From assembly GCA_964016885.1 (NCBI GenBank), contig OZ024749.1, forward strand, positions 16,864,001-16,928,000: a DNA stretch of 64,000 bases. The letters are read 5' to 3'. Positions 14,717-30,648 of the stretch are shown in pieces (position 1 is the stretch's first letter; each line of letters starts with the position of its first letter). Under the pieces are notes generated by a model. That model made no database searches, was not told where the DNA came from, and worked only from the letters and a program-made list of their open reading frames with translations. The position numbers and the translations under genes are program-made. The stretch is from Eledone cirrhosa (taxonomy: Eukaryota).

Positions 14717-16439
14717 ACATATATATATACATATATATATACATATACATATACATATATATTTACATATATATATACATATATATATATATACATATAT
14801 AAATATATATATATACATATACGATATTAAATAAATGGAAACTATATTTATACATATATATACATATATATTATATTTATACTATATATATACATATACA
14901 TATACATATATATTTACATATATATATACATATATATATATATATACATATATAAATATATATATATACATATACGATATTAAATAAATGGAAACTATAT
15001 TTATAAAACCATATTTATTTCATTATATATATTTCAGGGATAACATATTAAAAATATGGTATGCCTTCATCAGACAAAATACAATATAAACAGTCTTATA
15101 AATAGATAGATTTGACATACCTTACACTTCAACTTCCATTTAAAAAGTTGATTTGGTAGTGAAAAATGTTAGGGACAGTTATAGAGAAAAAAAGAAAGAA
15201 AGAAAGAAAGCGAAGAAAAAGAAGAAATGCATGCAACGAAAAACAGAGATAGATAGATATAGAGAGATAGATAGAGAGAAGAAATTCATGTAAAGAAAAA
15301 ACAGAGAGAGATAGATAGAGAGAGAAAAAACAGAGGGAGATAGATAGAGAGAGAGAGAGAGAGAGAAAAGAGAGAGAGAGAGAAAAAATAGAGAGAGATA
15401 GATATAGATAGAGATAGAGAGAGAGAAAAATAGGTAGTTGGGCACCAGTTGAATGACGTATCAATGATATATTTATTTATTTATTTATTTATTTAGTTCT
15501 AGTATTAAGGTAGAGAGAGATATATGTGGTTAGGAGAGAAAACAGCCGTTACATAGAGAGAAAAGAAAAATATCCAGAGATAATCGAGGCAGATTTAAAA
15601 CATTATGTTTCATCAATCTAAAATATCAATTCGTATGAATTAGGTATTATAATGTAAATATCAGTATTCATGAATGAGACACGTATCAATAATGTGTGAA
15701 AAATAATGATCATATGTCTAGTTTAAAATTCCTAGGTTTATAATCAGAACTGAGCTAAAAACTTCAAAAAAATTGAAATACATAAGTATATATGCACTTT
15801 CATGAAAAAAGAAAAAGAAAATAGAAGGTTATCCCAGATTCGATACTATAGACATCCATGTGAATTTACATGATCAACTCTGCAAATTCCTATTTCACAT
15901 GAAAACATTCTCATTGTGCTATAAAAATTCTAGTATACATATATGTGTACATACATACAAATATATATAGAATCTACATTAATTTTAACAATAATATTCT
16001 TGTCTTTACTCTACATGATTATCGTTCAAGCATAAATAGACAACAGATATCAATATATCAATAAAAATATTAAAAATATTAAAAAATAAAACACAGTATG
16101 CCCCGCAAATCAACCACAGAAATCTACCCTTCAAAATTAATTGACAATATATTGTCAAGTTCATTATAAGCATCAGAATCAAAAGCAAACAAAACCAAAA
16201 TTATTCACCAAATCCTGTCTAGCAGAAATCATTCCAAAAGTTTAGGATACCCATTTGATCTACAGATGGTCTTATATTTATTATAGAAGTTTATCTAGTG
16301 TAAAATTTATTCGATATATTTGGAGCATCATCTTTTAGGGTAGTTTAATTATTCATGAAGAATGTTTAAAAAAAAGAAATCGAAAGATTTATCGGCGAGT
16401 TTCATAAATAATTACAAATCATAAGTAAATATACTACAT

Positions 16440-16833
16440 TTTAAATTTATATTTATATTTAAAAGTTGAGTTCAATCTATGTCTGCAGCAACTGAATAAA
16501 TTTGTCCGTAAATTAAGAGAATTTTTAGATTTTAGTATAAAGAATATCTCCTCCGCGCAGAGGTCACATGTCTCAGAAGATGAATTAAAAGGAATCCCTC
16601 TTGAGACTATATTCCAAGCCGTCGAATATCCAACGTTATCATGCTTAAGTTGCCAGAGTAAGCCTGATAGTGATGTTGAAGATTTTTTGCTTGGATCTGT
16701 GAAAGAATCCTTGTGGTTATTATAGCGAAGTTTAAATTCTGTCGAGGTGGAACCAACATAGTTAAAAGAATTTAAGTCCGTTTTAACATTACAGTTGTAT
16801 ATTATATTTTTAACTAAGCAATTGTTATTTAAC
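16440..16833 (-). pseudogene. Naiad-like GIY-YIG endonuclease fragment (not in the ORF track)
   Basis: Manual translation: PLNNNCLVKNIIYNCNVKTDLNSFNYVGSTSTEFKLRYNNH...STSLS...CDLCAEE...SCCRHR. Confidence 0.85.
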
Positions 16834-17198
16834 GGTGCCCAAATACCTATTTTTCTCTCTCTCTATCTCTATCTATATCTATCTCTCTCTATTTTTTCTC
16901 TCTCTCTCTCTCTCTTTTCTCTCTCTCTCTCTCTATCTATCTCCCTCTGTTTTCTCTCTCTATCTATCTCTCTCTGTTTTTTCTTTACATGAGTTTCTTC
17001 TCTCTATCTATCTCTCTATATCTATCTCTCTCTGTTTTTCGTTGCATGCATTTCTTCTTTTTCTTCGCTTTCTTTCTTTCTTTCTTTTTTTCTCTATAAC
17101 TGTCCCTAACATTTTTCACTACCAAATCAACTTTTTAAATGGAAGTTGAAGTGTAAGGTATGTCAAATCTATCTATTTATAAGACTGTTTATATTGTA

Positions 17199-17260
17199 TT
17201 TTGTCTGATGAAGGCATACCATATTTTTAATATGTTATCCCTGAAATATATATAATGAAA
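17199..17260 (+). ncRNA. Type I hammerhead ribozyme, canonical core (family G)
   Basis: TTTTGT-CTGATGA-AGGCATACCATATT/AATATGTTATCCCT-GAAA-TATAT-ATA-ATGAAA. Copies at 15018-15079 (-) and 47160-47220 (-). Confidence 0.75.
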
Positions 17261-17605
17261 TAAATATGGTTTTATAAATATAGTTTCCATTTATTTAATA
17301 TCGTAAATATACTCCAAATACTTGTTGAGTGCTTTTATATCAGTTATAAATATTTACTCGTTGTAACCCAACAATTTAAATAAAACTTTGCATATATATA
17401 CATATATATATATATATGCATATATATATATACATATATACATATATATATATACATATATGTATATATAAGTATGTATATATATGTATATATAGGTATG
17501 TATATATAAGTATGTATATATATGTGAAAATGTATATAAATAAGTAAATATATATATATGTTTGATGTGTATAGTTAGATGTAAGTGTATTCATGTATTA
17601 AAGTG

Positions 17606-17717
<112 letters not shown>

Positions 17718-18236
17718 TACACATAGACTAGAGTATGTATGTATATATGTGTGTGTCTATACGTGTGTATATAAAGATAAGTTGAGTATGAAAATGTATA
17801 CACATGAACGCGTATGTATGTACATGAATACATGTGTGTATATATATATATGTATGCATGTATATATGTATGTAAGTATGAACATGTTTCTATGTGAATG
17901 TGAGTATATGTATTTTGTAGAGGTGTGCAAATGTGTGTGAATGCGTGGGCGAAAGGATACGTACACTTGAAAGAAAAATTTAAGTCTGAATGTTAATTAA
18001 GTGCAAACACAAAACCAACCACGCGAATCTTTACTATCTCTAATCCTTCTATAGATTTAGAAAAATAACCAATAATATATTCTATAAAAATGTCAAAACA
18101 ATAGATGGGAATCTAATTACTCACTGCCACCAAAAATTCTCACTGCTATCAAAAAACTACTCCCTCAACTATTCTTCTAACAACTTCACCCCTCCCTCCT
18201 AATACTCTCTATAAAAACCAAACAGGTCCTCAGTAA

Positions 18237-18360
18237 TATTACTCTGATGAAATGACAGTAGATAATAACATTGAAATATTGAATGTCTGCATAACTAATA
18301 CTTTGTAGATAGCAGGTGTTTTCAGGTTATGTAACTGTTATAGAAACACGTGTCAATAAA
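18237..18360 (+). ncRNA. Hammerhead ribozyme with ~90-nt stem II (family H)
   Basis: TTACT-CTGATGA-[ATGACAGT...ACTGTTAT]-GAAA-CACGT-GTC-AATAAA; (TA)n starts ~150 bp downstream. Confidence 0.7.
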
Positions 18361-18513
18361 TTCCTTTCAACTAAACTGTATCCATTCAAATCTTTCTATT
18401 TTTCTCCGGATTACTTTTGGAACTACAACTGGAACCGTCGAGCAAACTCTACGTGAGCTGTCAATCTACTGTGAGTAATATTTATATTACAACACAACGG
18501 AAAATACTGTATA

Positions 18514-18585
<72 letters not shown>

Positions 18586-18679
18586 CATATATATATGTAT
18601 ATATATACATATATATATATATGTATATATATATACATATATATATATACATATATATATATATACATATATATGTATA

Positions 18680-18806
<127 letters not shown>

Positions 18807-18942
18807 AAGGCGGGTAAAATTCCCGAGATCCATGGACGAGTTCTCTCCAGCGGTCTCTGTCCCTCATTATCGCTGCCATGTCCCGCATCTCCAACAGACC
18901 AGTGTCTGTCCTTAGGGCATCAACATACGTTAACCTTGGTGT

Positions 18943-20361
18943 TCATCTTCTAGTGTGTCCATGTAGGGGCTCCCAAAGGAGCATTGAGTGCAATGTCAAC
19001 TCTGGATGTCGGTGAGCATGTCCAGCCAACCTCAGTCTCCTCTGTGTCACTTTTGAGCTGACTTTTGGGATGCTCCCATACAGCTCTGAGTTTTTCATCC
19101 TCAGTGTATACTGATTAATGTTCAGAGCCATCCTCAGCATTCTCGTGTAGCACCCATCCACCATCTGAGTGAGTTTCTTGGTCAGTGTCCAAGTCTCAGA
19201 TGCATACAGCAGCACAGACTCCACTGCAGCAATGAAGAGGCGGATTTTCAGGTCTCTACGAAGGTCCGACTTCCACACCGATCTCAAGCTGTGGCACGCC
19301 GCCCAGGCCTTGCTCTTCCTCTCAACCACATCATCTTCCGTATTCCCAATCTTTGCTCCCAAATACAGGAAGTCCTCAACCAATTCCAGCGGCTTCCCGC
19401 CTACATTAGTGATCCCCTCTGGCTTCTCAACATTCTCCACCAGATATTTCTTTTTAGTCTCATTCATTCTCAGCCTCACACTCATCGACACAGTCTCAAC
19501 CTCCCGCATCAAATCCTCTGCCTCCTTCACTGCATTTGTCACCAAAACTATGTCGTCGGCAAATTCAGCATCCGATACCTTTTTCGCCCTAACTCTCCTG
19601 CTCTGAGCCGGTGCTACAGTAAAGCCAGAGTCCTGGTGTTTCTCCAGTGCAAGGCGCATACAATAGTCCACTACGATGATAAAAAGGTAGGGAGCCAATG
19701 TATCTCCCTGGAGCACTCCAGCCAGTATCTCAAAGAACTCTGTCATCCCATCAGGTGTAATGACTTGGGCTTTGGTGTTGGTGTAGAGCAGTGATATCAG
19801 GTCCACTATCTTCTTGGGGATTCCATAAGCCTGTAAGATCTTCACCAGGCAGTAACGGTCCACAGAATCAAAGGCCTTCCTAAAGTCAATGAAAACCATG
19901 ACCGCAGGAAGGCACTTTGCTCTAGCTCCCTCTAATATCCTCCTCAGCATCAGGATGTGACTGGTGATTGATCTACCCTCTCTGAAACCGTTCTGGTTGT
20001 CCCTGAGCTTCTTCTCCATCTCAGGCTGGATCCTGTTAAGAATCATCCTGTTGAGGGTCTTTGCCACAAGTGACGTCAGTGAGATCCCCCGGTAGTTGTT
20101 GGTGTTAGAGAGATCTCCCTTCTTTGGCACTGGGACGATGTTACTGATCCTCCACTGATTCGGGGCAACTCCTTTCTCCAGTGCCCCGTTACAGAACCCC
20201 AGGATGATATCATCAAAATCACACCTCTTCATCACCTCTGATGCCACTCCATCTTCTCCATGAGCCCTCCTTGATTCTCCTCTTGGCTCTCTGAAGCTCC
20301 TCTCTGGTGAAGGGCTCTGTCTCAACATCCAGTTCCTCAAACAGCCGCCTGATTTCTCCAT
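18943..20361 (-). pseudogene. RTE-type reverse transcriptase
   Basis: KKGDLSNTNNYRGISL, QNGFR, FIDFRKAFDSV, GVLQGDTLAP, FADDI, RRLRLAGH. Confidence 0.92.
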
Positions 20362-20586
20362 TTCCTCTTCCTATCCTCGGGCCCCGTTCCCTGGATCTGA
20401 CTCGAACACCTCTTCCTCCCCGTGATCTCGTTGATGATCATCCAGCTCTCCTTACATCCAGATCTGTCAACCGCTCTCTCCACACTTCTGATCTTCTCTA
20501 TCAGTGCCTCCTCTCTGACCTCAGTGTAAGCGGTACAGAGTTCTTCCCTCATCACCTCCAAAGTCTCCATCCTCTCCTCCGTAGGA

Positions 20587-21843
20587 TCAGCATAGAATTG
20601 GTCCCTGGCAGCTTTCAGGTGTTCTCTGGCTGCACACACTTTTGGGTTTTGCAGAGCTGACGTGCTTCCCTTTGTTCTTTTTCCTCGGCACCAGGGTTTC
20701 ACTTGCTTCCGCATTGGTGAAGTGCCCGTACCTCCTCGTCACACTCTCCTCAGTCCATCCAATCTCTCTCTCCTCTGACTCTCCACACAGAGCACTAAAC
20801 CTGTTTCTCACTTCCACTGTGAACCTCTCCTGTAGCTTATCATCTTCTTTGAAAGCTCCCCAGTCATAGATTGTTCTCCGGGGCTGAGCCTTGCTCTTTC
20901 TTAAGCTCACGCGGACCTCACTCATAACAAGCCGGTGGTCACTACCCAGTGTACTGAAATAGCTGTATGGTTCCGTGTTCAGAACACTATTCCGCCACTT
21001 TTTCCTCACCAGAATTAAATCAATCTGGGACTTGGACAGGTGCATATCTGAGATGTAGGTCCACATCTTCCCCAGATTCTTCCTAAACCCTAGGTTGGTC
21101 GCCATCAAGTTCGCCTCCAGCAGGGTGTCTCTCAGTAGTCTTCCATTTCGGTTGGTGTTGTTATGGAAGTACCAGCAAGGATCTCCACTGCCCTCCTTAC
21201 TCAGATGTGCATTGAAGTCCCCCAAAACAAGCAGGATATTGTGTGCCTGAGTGGTGTTGACAGCTCTACACACCTCCTCATGGAATTCTTCCGCATTCAC
21301 ATCACTGTCCCCCTCGGTTGGACTATAGGCTGAGATGACTGTCAGTCTTGGGTTTCCATTGAAGGTCACCCTCAACACTCGCGGGGAGATAGGCATTATT
21401 TCCCTCACCAACAGATTGGTTTTTACACTGAACACAAAACCCACTCCTCCTACTGCAGCATTTGTTGTGTTCTTCACTGCCGATGTAGTGATGAGCTGGC
21501 TCTTCTTCCCGATCATCACACTCCTCACGGGCTCATCGTGTAGAATCCTGTGTTCTTGGATCGCAAGTATCTGTATACCACTCTCCTCGAACAGATGTCC
21601 CAACTCCTCTCTCTTCTCCAGCGTCCGAATAGTCCTCACATTCAAAGTGCCCATTTTGATGGCTCTTCTGCAGGACAAAACTGCATTCTTTATATTTGTC
21701 TCAGAGACAGCTGATCCATCATCCACTGGCCCTCTCTGTGGCTCTAAGCCAGCAGAGTCATAACGACCAGGCTGCTCCTTGACAGTGTAATTAGGGGCTC
21801 TAACCCTAGGGCTGTTAGATCGACTCTCCATATTTCTTTTCAA
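20587..21843 (-). pseudogene. RTE-type apurinic-like endonuclease region
   Basis: GTLNVRT, LAIQEHR, GGVGF, AYSPT, LGDFNA, QIDLIL, SDH. Confidence 0.92.
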
Positions 21844-22039
21844 TGGCTGACAATACCACTCGAATAAGGTAGTTATTTAACCCATAAATGGAGCCCTAAC
21901 AGGTACTACCACCCCGGGCCAGGGCAGACCTGGGAGTCATGACAATTAAGGGGTAACTCCACATTCCCCACATCTCCTGAACTCCCGAACTGGAGCCTTG
22001 CCACTGGATGTAGTTTAATGTCATACCCAGGACATCAAT

Positions 22040-24330
<2,291 letters not shown>

Positions 24331-24381
24331 TATATATATACATATATATACATATATATATATGTCTACATATATACATAG

Positions 24382-24430
<49 letters not shown>

Positions 24431-24479
24431 CATAGATATATATATACATATATATATATATTTACATAGATATATATAT

Positions 24480-24576
<97 letters not shown>

Positions 24577-24577
24577 G

Positions 24578-24607
<30 letters not shown>

Positions 24608-24613
<6 letters not shown>

Positions 24614-24995
24614 TAAGAGGAATTCCAACTTTGTCAGATTTACTCATTTTATTTACAATCCTTTAAAATATATAATGGTATTATAATGAAATAATATGAT
24701 AGAATATTAAATTCTAAGTGTTAATTGAACAAGTACTTTCATGCTTTCGCAATCTTCAGGTTCATAATATGTGGTGACAGTCAAGTTTGCAATTTTCAAC
24801 TGTTGAAAATTGCAAACTTGACTGTCACCACATATTATGAACCTGAAGATTGCGAAAGCATGAAAGAACTTGTTCAATTAACACTTAGAATTTCATATTC
24901 TATCATACTATTTCATTATAATACCATTAGAAATTTTAAATGATTGTAAACAAAACGAGTAAATCAGACAAAGTTGGAATTCCTCTTATTAATAT
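24608..24995. repeat. Fold-back palindrome of the Neptune tail (family C), centre 24801
   Basis: GCAATTTTCAAC-T-GTTGAAAATTGC; the arms match 2455-2650. Confidence 0.92.
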
Positions 24996-25043
24996 ATATA
25001 TATATATATACACATATATATATATATTTCTATACCTTTCATT

Positions 25044-25076
<33 letters not shown>

Positions 25077-25084
25077 CTATATTA

Positions 25085-25520
25085 TTTTTTGAGATTAAAC
25101 TCTCAGTCGTTTACAATTAATCAGCTCCAAGAAAGAGGCATTTCCGAGCAGTTAAATACATGTTATACATTAATATATATGATAAACACAAAACGTGTTT
25201 GCATTGTAACAGACAAAGTTAGCTATCAATGAAATAAACTAATTAAAGTGAATACAATTTGTCTGTCTCGATATAAGTCAATAAAGACAAGCTTATATTG
25301 GCAAAAGCCGTGATTCCTGGACAAATCTAAATTTCAAAATCCAAACCCGATCCGTAGATGAATTTGAACTTCGAAACCTAAATATGTTTCGCAACGATAG
25401 TACATGAATTGAAAAATAAAGAGAATCGAAATGGAATTGAAATAAAAAGTGAAATATCCAAATCTTCTGTACTTATCAACAGGAATCCAGTAAAATTAGT
25501 ACATTCCACCATCAAAAATT
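25085..25520 (-). mobile_element. Family A tail copy with HHR-like motif at 25312-25487
   Basis: Reverse complement of 65-495. Confidence 0.65.
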
Positions 25521-25661
25521 TGTAAGTGTTTTGCGTATGCTTGTGCATGTACGTATTTGTTTGCGTGTATGTTTTTATTTGTTTCTATTACTTCTGTATT
25601 GTATTTATTTACTTTGTTCTTAACTTTGTAGCAGAGATTCATTCGGTCTCCTAGTTAGAAT

Positions 25662-25932
25662 TTTAGTCTACGACTTCTGCTATACCATTTACGTGGTTTT
25701 GTCCTGCGTGCTATTGTTCTCACCGCTCCACTTATGACGTATTATCTTCGTTTTTTTCGTTCATTGCCAGAGAACGTCTCTATGAACCACCTAAGAGAAC
25801 ATTAGTCTACGACCTCTTTTATACCATTAACGTGGTTCTGTCTTTGCGCGTAATTGTTTTTCACCGCTCCTATTAATGACGTATTATATTCGTTTTTTCC
25901 CGTTCTTTGCCAGCGAACGTTTCCACGAACCA
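25662..25932. repeat. Diverged ~140-bp tandem duplication
   Basis: TTAGTCTACGAC...TATACCATT...CACCGCTCC...ATGACGTATTAT...TTGCCAG occurs twice. Confidence 0.75.
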
Positions 25933-26173
25933 AAGTATCGTCTTCCTGTCTTCCTCCAGTTGCAACGTTTTTTGAAATATCCACTTCTGCGTTTATGGAT
26001 TGACTTTGTTAGTTTCAGAAGATCCCTTTAAGGGTGAAAGCAGCGATTCTTTGCTTAAACTTTAATCTGTTATTTTAATAAATATTTGCTCTACGGTTCT
26101 TATATATTTGATATATATTTATCCTTATCGAGCCCTCTTTGGATTTTAGTCTTCAGATTTATTATTATTACTA

Positions 26174-26355
26174 GGGCGGTGAATTGGCAGTATCGGTAGA
26201 GGGTTGGACGCCATGCTTTCTAGCATAGTTACGTCCCTTTACGGTTTGAGTTCAAATCCCGCTGAGGTTAACTTTGCCTTTCATCCTTACGGGGTCGATA
26301 AAATAAAGTACCAGTAATGTACTGGGTATTTGCTGGCCTTGTGCCTAAAGTAGAA
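26174..26355 (+). mobile_element. tRNA-derived SINE with Nin-like core (resembles octopus SINEs)
   Basis: B box GAGTTCAAATCC; core GCCTTTCATCCTTACGGGGTCGATAAAATAAAGTACCAG. Confidence 0.75.
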
Positions 26356-26360
26356 ACAAT

Positions 26361-26401
<41 letters not shown>

Positions 26402-26408
26402 TATATAC

Positions 26409-26441
<33 letters not shown>

Positions 26442-26496
26442 CATATATATATACATATATATATACATATATATATATACATATATATATATATAT

Positions 26497-29400
26497 TCTC
26501 TTTTACTCTTTTACCTGTTTCAGCCATCCGGCTGAGGCCATGCTGGGGCACCGCCCTTGTTGCTACACATGTTATCTCCAGCCTGTATAGCTTGGCCACT
26601 GGTGTAAGAGGGAGTTTGTTGCTGCTGCCCTTAGGTTTCCCTCGTGTCTTGCTGTGGGCTCATCCGGGATCCTGGATAACAAGGTGTCGAGATGTTTCTT
26701 GAAGACATTCACCTCCACGTCATGCAAGTCTCTCAGATCCCTCGGCAGCCTGTTGAAGAGTTGAGGGCCCTTGAATCCCAGGCTATTGCAATACCTGCTC
26801 CTTATTCTAGATGTGGAAGACGGGACCTTTGGCACCACACAGTAACGTCCTGTTCGACGGTTGGTCCAGCTCCCAATGCCAAAGTTTGGTGCTAGTCCCT
26901 CCAGGATTTTCCACATGTAGATCACTGCGTATCTCTCCCGTCTTCGCTCCAAGGAGTAGAGGTTCAGTTCCTTTAGGCTCTCCCAGTAGCTTGTCTCCCT
27001 CATCTTGGCAATCCTCTTGGTGTAGCTTCGCTGGATTGCCTCAAGCTCCGTGGTTAGTTTGACACTATGGGGTGACCACAACTGGGAGCAGTAGTCCAGG
27101 CGGCTTAGGACAAATGTCCTCCATAGTGTCAACATGGTGTCTCGATCTCTTGTCCAGAAAGTCCTCAAGATCCAGCCAGCGAGTCGTCTGCACATTGTCG
27201 CCACTTTCATGATGTGTGAAGAAAAAGATGCATCATCGCTCATGTCTATGCCCAGGTCTCGTATCGATTTTGACACGGGGATATCGGTCCCTCCTGGTCC
27301 TCTGTAGTTGTGTTCCACTATATTTGTGTTTGCAGGTTTGTTTGGAGGTTTGTATTGTAGGGCTTGGAATTTGCCAGCATTAAACTGCATGTTGTTTTCT
27401 TCCGCCCATTTGTATATGGCATCCAGATCCTGCTGTAAAAGGGCAGCGTCAGCCGGGTTTTTGATTGCCTGTGCTACCTTAGTGTCATCAGCATAGCTAG
27501 TGAGGGATGTTGTTGTATGCACTACAAAGGGCATGTCTGAGAGAGCCACCAAAAACAGTAGTGGTCCCAGGACTGTCCTCTGGGGCACCCCACTTGCTAT
27601 TGGTGTTTCCCTCGAGAGGGCCCCATTTTCTGCGACTGCCTGGCTTCTGTCCCTTAGGAATCCATGCAGCCACTCCGCTACTTTTCCACTTATGCCGAGT
27701 CGTGTAGTTTGTGACATATCATTCCGTGGTCGACCTTGTCAAAGGCCTTCGCAAAGTCAAGATATATCACGTCCACATGTGAGCTGTCTAGTAGTTGTCT
27801 CAGTACCCAGTCGTAGTGATGTAGCAGCTGTGTAAGGCAGCTTCTTCCTGGGCGGAAGCCATGTTGCGTGTTAGTCAGGCGGTCATTTTCCTCGAGGAAT
27901 GTGATCAGTTTCTTTCTGACGACTCGCTCCATGACCTTACTGATATGCGACGTCAGGGAGACTGGCCTATAGTTTTTGGCCTCCGCACTACTACCTCCTT
28001 TATGGATAGGGCATATTGTGCCTTCTTTCAGCTCCCTGGGTAGTACACCGCTAGCCAAGGAGCTTCTGAAGAGCATCTTCAGTGGAGTTGCTAAGTTCCG
28101 CTTACATATTTTTAAGAGAACTGCTGGGAATCCATCAGGTCCAGCAGCCGAGTGTGTTCTAATTTCATCAATGGCGTACACCACATCCTCCTCCGTTATG
28201 TCTATGTGGTCGATGGTTGCCATTTCTTCATGTAGTGTTGTAGCATCAAAGAACTCCTCTGGCTTCGTTATTTGCATGTGCCTCAGTGGACATGTGAACA
28301 CACTTTTGTACTGTTCGTTCAGTATTTCACATATCTCTTGGGGGTTTTCGGTTAATGTACCGTCTGTGTGGAAGAGTGGCCCAATCTTGCAGTGTACTGA
28401 GGCAGTTTCTTTTGCAAATCCAAAGAAGGCCTTAGGGTTTGTTTTAATGTTTTCTATGGCCCTGTTCTCTTTCTTTGCCCTCTCATTCTCATGGGAAAAT
28501 TTGAGTGCAATCTCGGTGTCAAGTAGTGCACGTTTCAAATAGGATTCCTTCTTGTTTTTGTTTTGTTGACTATTCAACTGGTTTGAGAGTTTAGTTCTAC
28601 GTCTCATAAGGATTTTCCTATCTCTGGGAATAAGATTTTTGTGTCTGTTTGCCTCTTTCTCCGGGACAAACTTTTTGCATATAGTGTGTATCGTTGTCAT
28701 GAAGTGTTGAAATTGTGTGTTAGTGTCTTGTGTGGCGGTGTTTTCACTCCATGTTTTCTTCCGGAATATCTCTCTTAATCTTTTTCCAGTTAGCCTTGTA
28801 GAAGTTAAGGCTGGATAGCGCCCCGGAGCTTCTTGGTGGTTTTGTCTCTGTTGGTTCTCTTGGACCACATATCATTAGCTCTACTAAGTTATGATCCGAG
28901 AGAATTGTTGGTGTCACCTTTACATTGTGGATGAGCACTTCGTTGTTTGTAAAACAGAGGTCCAGGACATTTTCGCCTCTTGTTGGGAGGAGTATTGCTT
29001 GCTCCATGAACAGCCTGTGTGTGAGGGCCAGCAGGGATTCCGTCTCTCTGTTCTATTGATGTCATTCCAGGAGGAGGTGGCCCTCAGGCCATTTGACCTT
29101 TGGTAGGTTGAAGTCTCCAGAAGTAGGATGTTGAGACCCTGGTCCAGTTTGTCAAGGACCTCTTCTATCCTACTTAGGCTATCCTCAAATTTACCCTCAT
29201 GACTGGGGGCATCGGGCAGCTGATATGTGACACATATTACTGTCTGTAGTTGCTTCATATGTATTATCAGTGTGTCACAGACTGAGTTTGAATGTGTCAA
29301 CAGTACAATTGGTGTGACATCTTCACAGATATACAGAGCAACCCCACCATGAGTTCTCTCATTCCTGTCCGAACGAAATACAGTATATTTCGGTATATGT

Positions 29401-30448
29401 ATTTCTGCATCTGCTATACTGGTGCGTTTCGGTTAGTGCCATGCATAGTGCTTGATTGCTTATGGCTAAGTCTCCCAGGTAGGAAATTTTACTCATGTTA
29501 CTGAGTTTCACCAGGCCTCTGACATTCAGCAGCAGCACTGGTGTGACTTTTGGGGTGCCAGTAATGACTGTCGGTATGACACCTGGTCTGGTGTCAGCGG
29601 CGGCCACTCTGGGTCCCTTAACTGTGGTGGTCTCGAGTGCTGGTGTGAATGACCTGGGCTTTGGAGACGATGCAGCCAGGTTAGCTGTCCCACAATCTTC
29701 TCTGCCATCACTAAAAAATTTTTCTGATCTGCTGCTGCCATCTGTATCTCGTCGGCATGTGCGTGCCTTCTCCTTGTTGGTGTGGCACGCGCGACATCAG
29801 CATACTTCTGGAGCGGCTTATTTCGGCTTTGGCTGGGGGCATGTTGCGCGAGTAGGATGGGCATAGTTCGTTTGAGACCTAGGGTGGGCGAATCTGCATC
29901 CCATCCCTGTCTCCTCCATGCCAGCATGTCCCGTTCTTGAAAAACTTCGACATTACTTGGGTTTATTTGCTCCAGTGTCTTGGTGCTTTCTGTTCTTCCT
30001 TTGAACAGTTGTCCACTGGTCTCTCTGCGCTTGGTTCTCCTTCGGAAGGTGATTCGCTTTCACCTTTGCCTTTGCTTGTTGGTTGCCGGCCTGCCCTCCC
30101 TGCCTGTGGCGGAGGGTATATCATTTTCTTTCAGGTCCGTGCTTGTGCTCTCCTCTTTTCTTTTTCCTTTTCCTTTTCTTCTCTTTCTCCTCATCCCTCT
30201 CTTCGGTTTTCTCCTCCCTGAGGACACGGCTTAGCATCGCCATATGTGACGCTATGAGGACATACGCCTTCTCAATTTCTTTTCTCTTTCTCTCTATCTG
30301 TGCCAGGGTCCTCAGAAACCTATGGCTCTTCAGGTTCTCCGCCATCTTTTTGCTTGGTAGAGACCCATCAGCCATGGTCCACCCCTTGATCAAAACCGCT
30401 AGTTCCATCTTTGACCAGTTTCGTTGACTCCTAATTTCACCTTTTCCT
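26497..30448 (-). mobile_element. CR1/L2-group LINE (ORF1 remnant, APE, RT), frameshifted; 5' end lost in the gap
   Basis: LLNVRGL, LDLCFTN, SDH, NYRPVSLTS, QHGFR, YLDFAKAFDKVDH, YADDTK, SLERRRERY; 3' tail GGCGGTGCCCCAGCATGGCC...AAAAGAG. Confidence 0.88.
26572..28868 (-). pseudogene. LINE ORF2 reverse transcriptase (split by a frameshift near 27700)
   Basis: ORFs 27690-28868 and 26572-27717 carry consecutive RT motifs. Confidence 0.9.
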
Positions 30449-30648
30449 NNNNNNNNNNNNNNNNNNNNNNNNNNNNNNNNNNNNNNNNNNNNNNNNNNNN
30501 NNNNNNNNNNNNNNNNNNNNNNNNNNNNNNNNNNNNNNNNNNNNNNNNNNNNNNNNNNNNNNNNNNNNNNNNNNNNNNNNNNNNNNNNNNNNNNNNNNNN
30601 NNNNNNNNNNNNNNNNNNNNNNNNNNNNNNNNNNNNNNNNNNNNNNNN
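30449..30648. other. Assembly gap (N run)
   Basis: Run of Ns. Confidence 1.

Larger units (their letters stand above)
14975..17304. repeat. ~470-bp inverted repeats (14975-15447 and 16834-17304; family G tail with a GA/CT-rich segment) enclosing a PLE fragment
   Basis: The arms are reverse complements. The provided ORFs 15129-15464(-) and 16835-17149(+) end identically. Confidence 0.9.
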
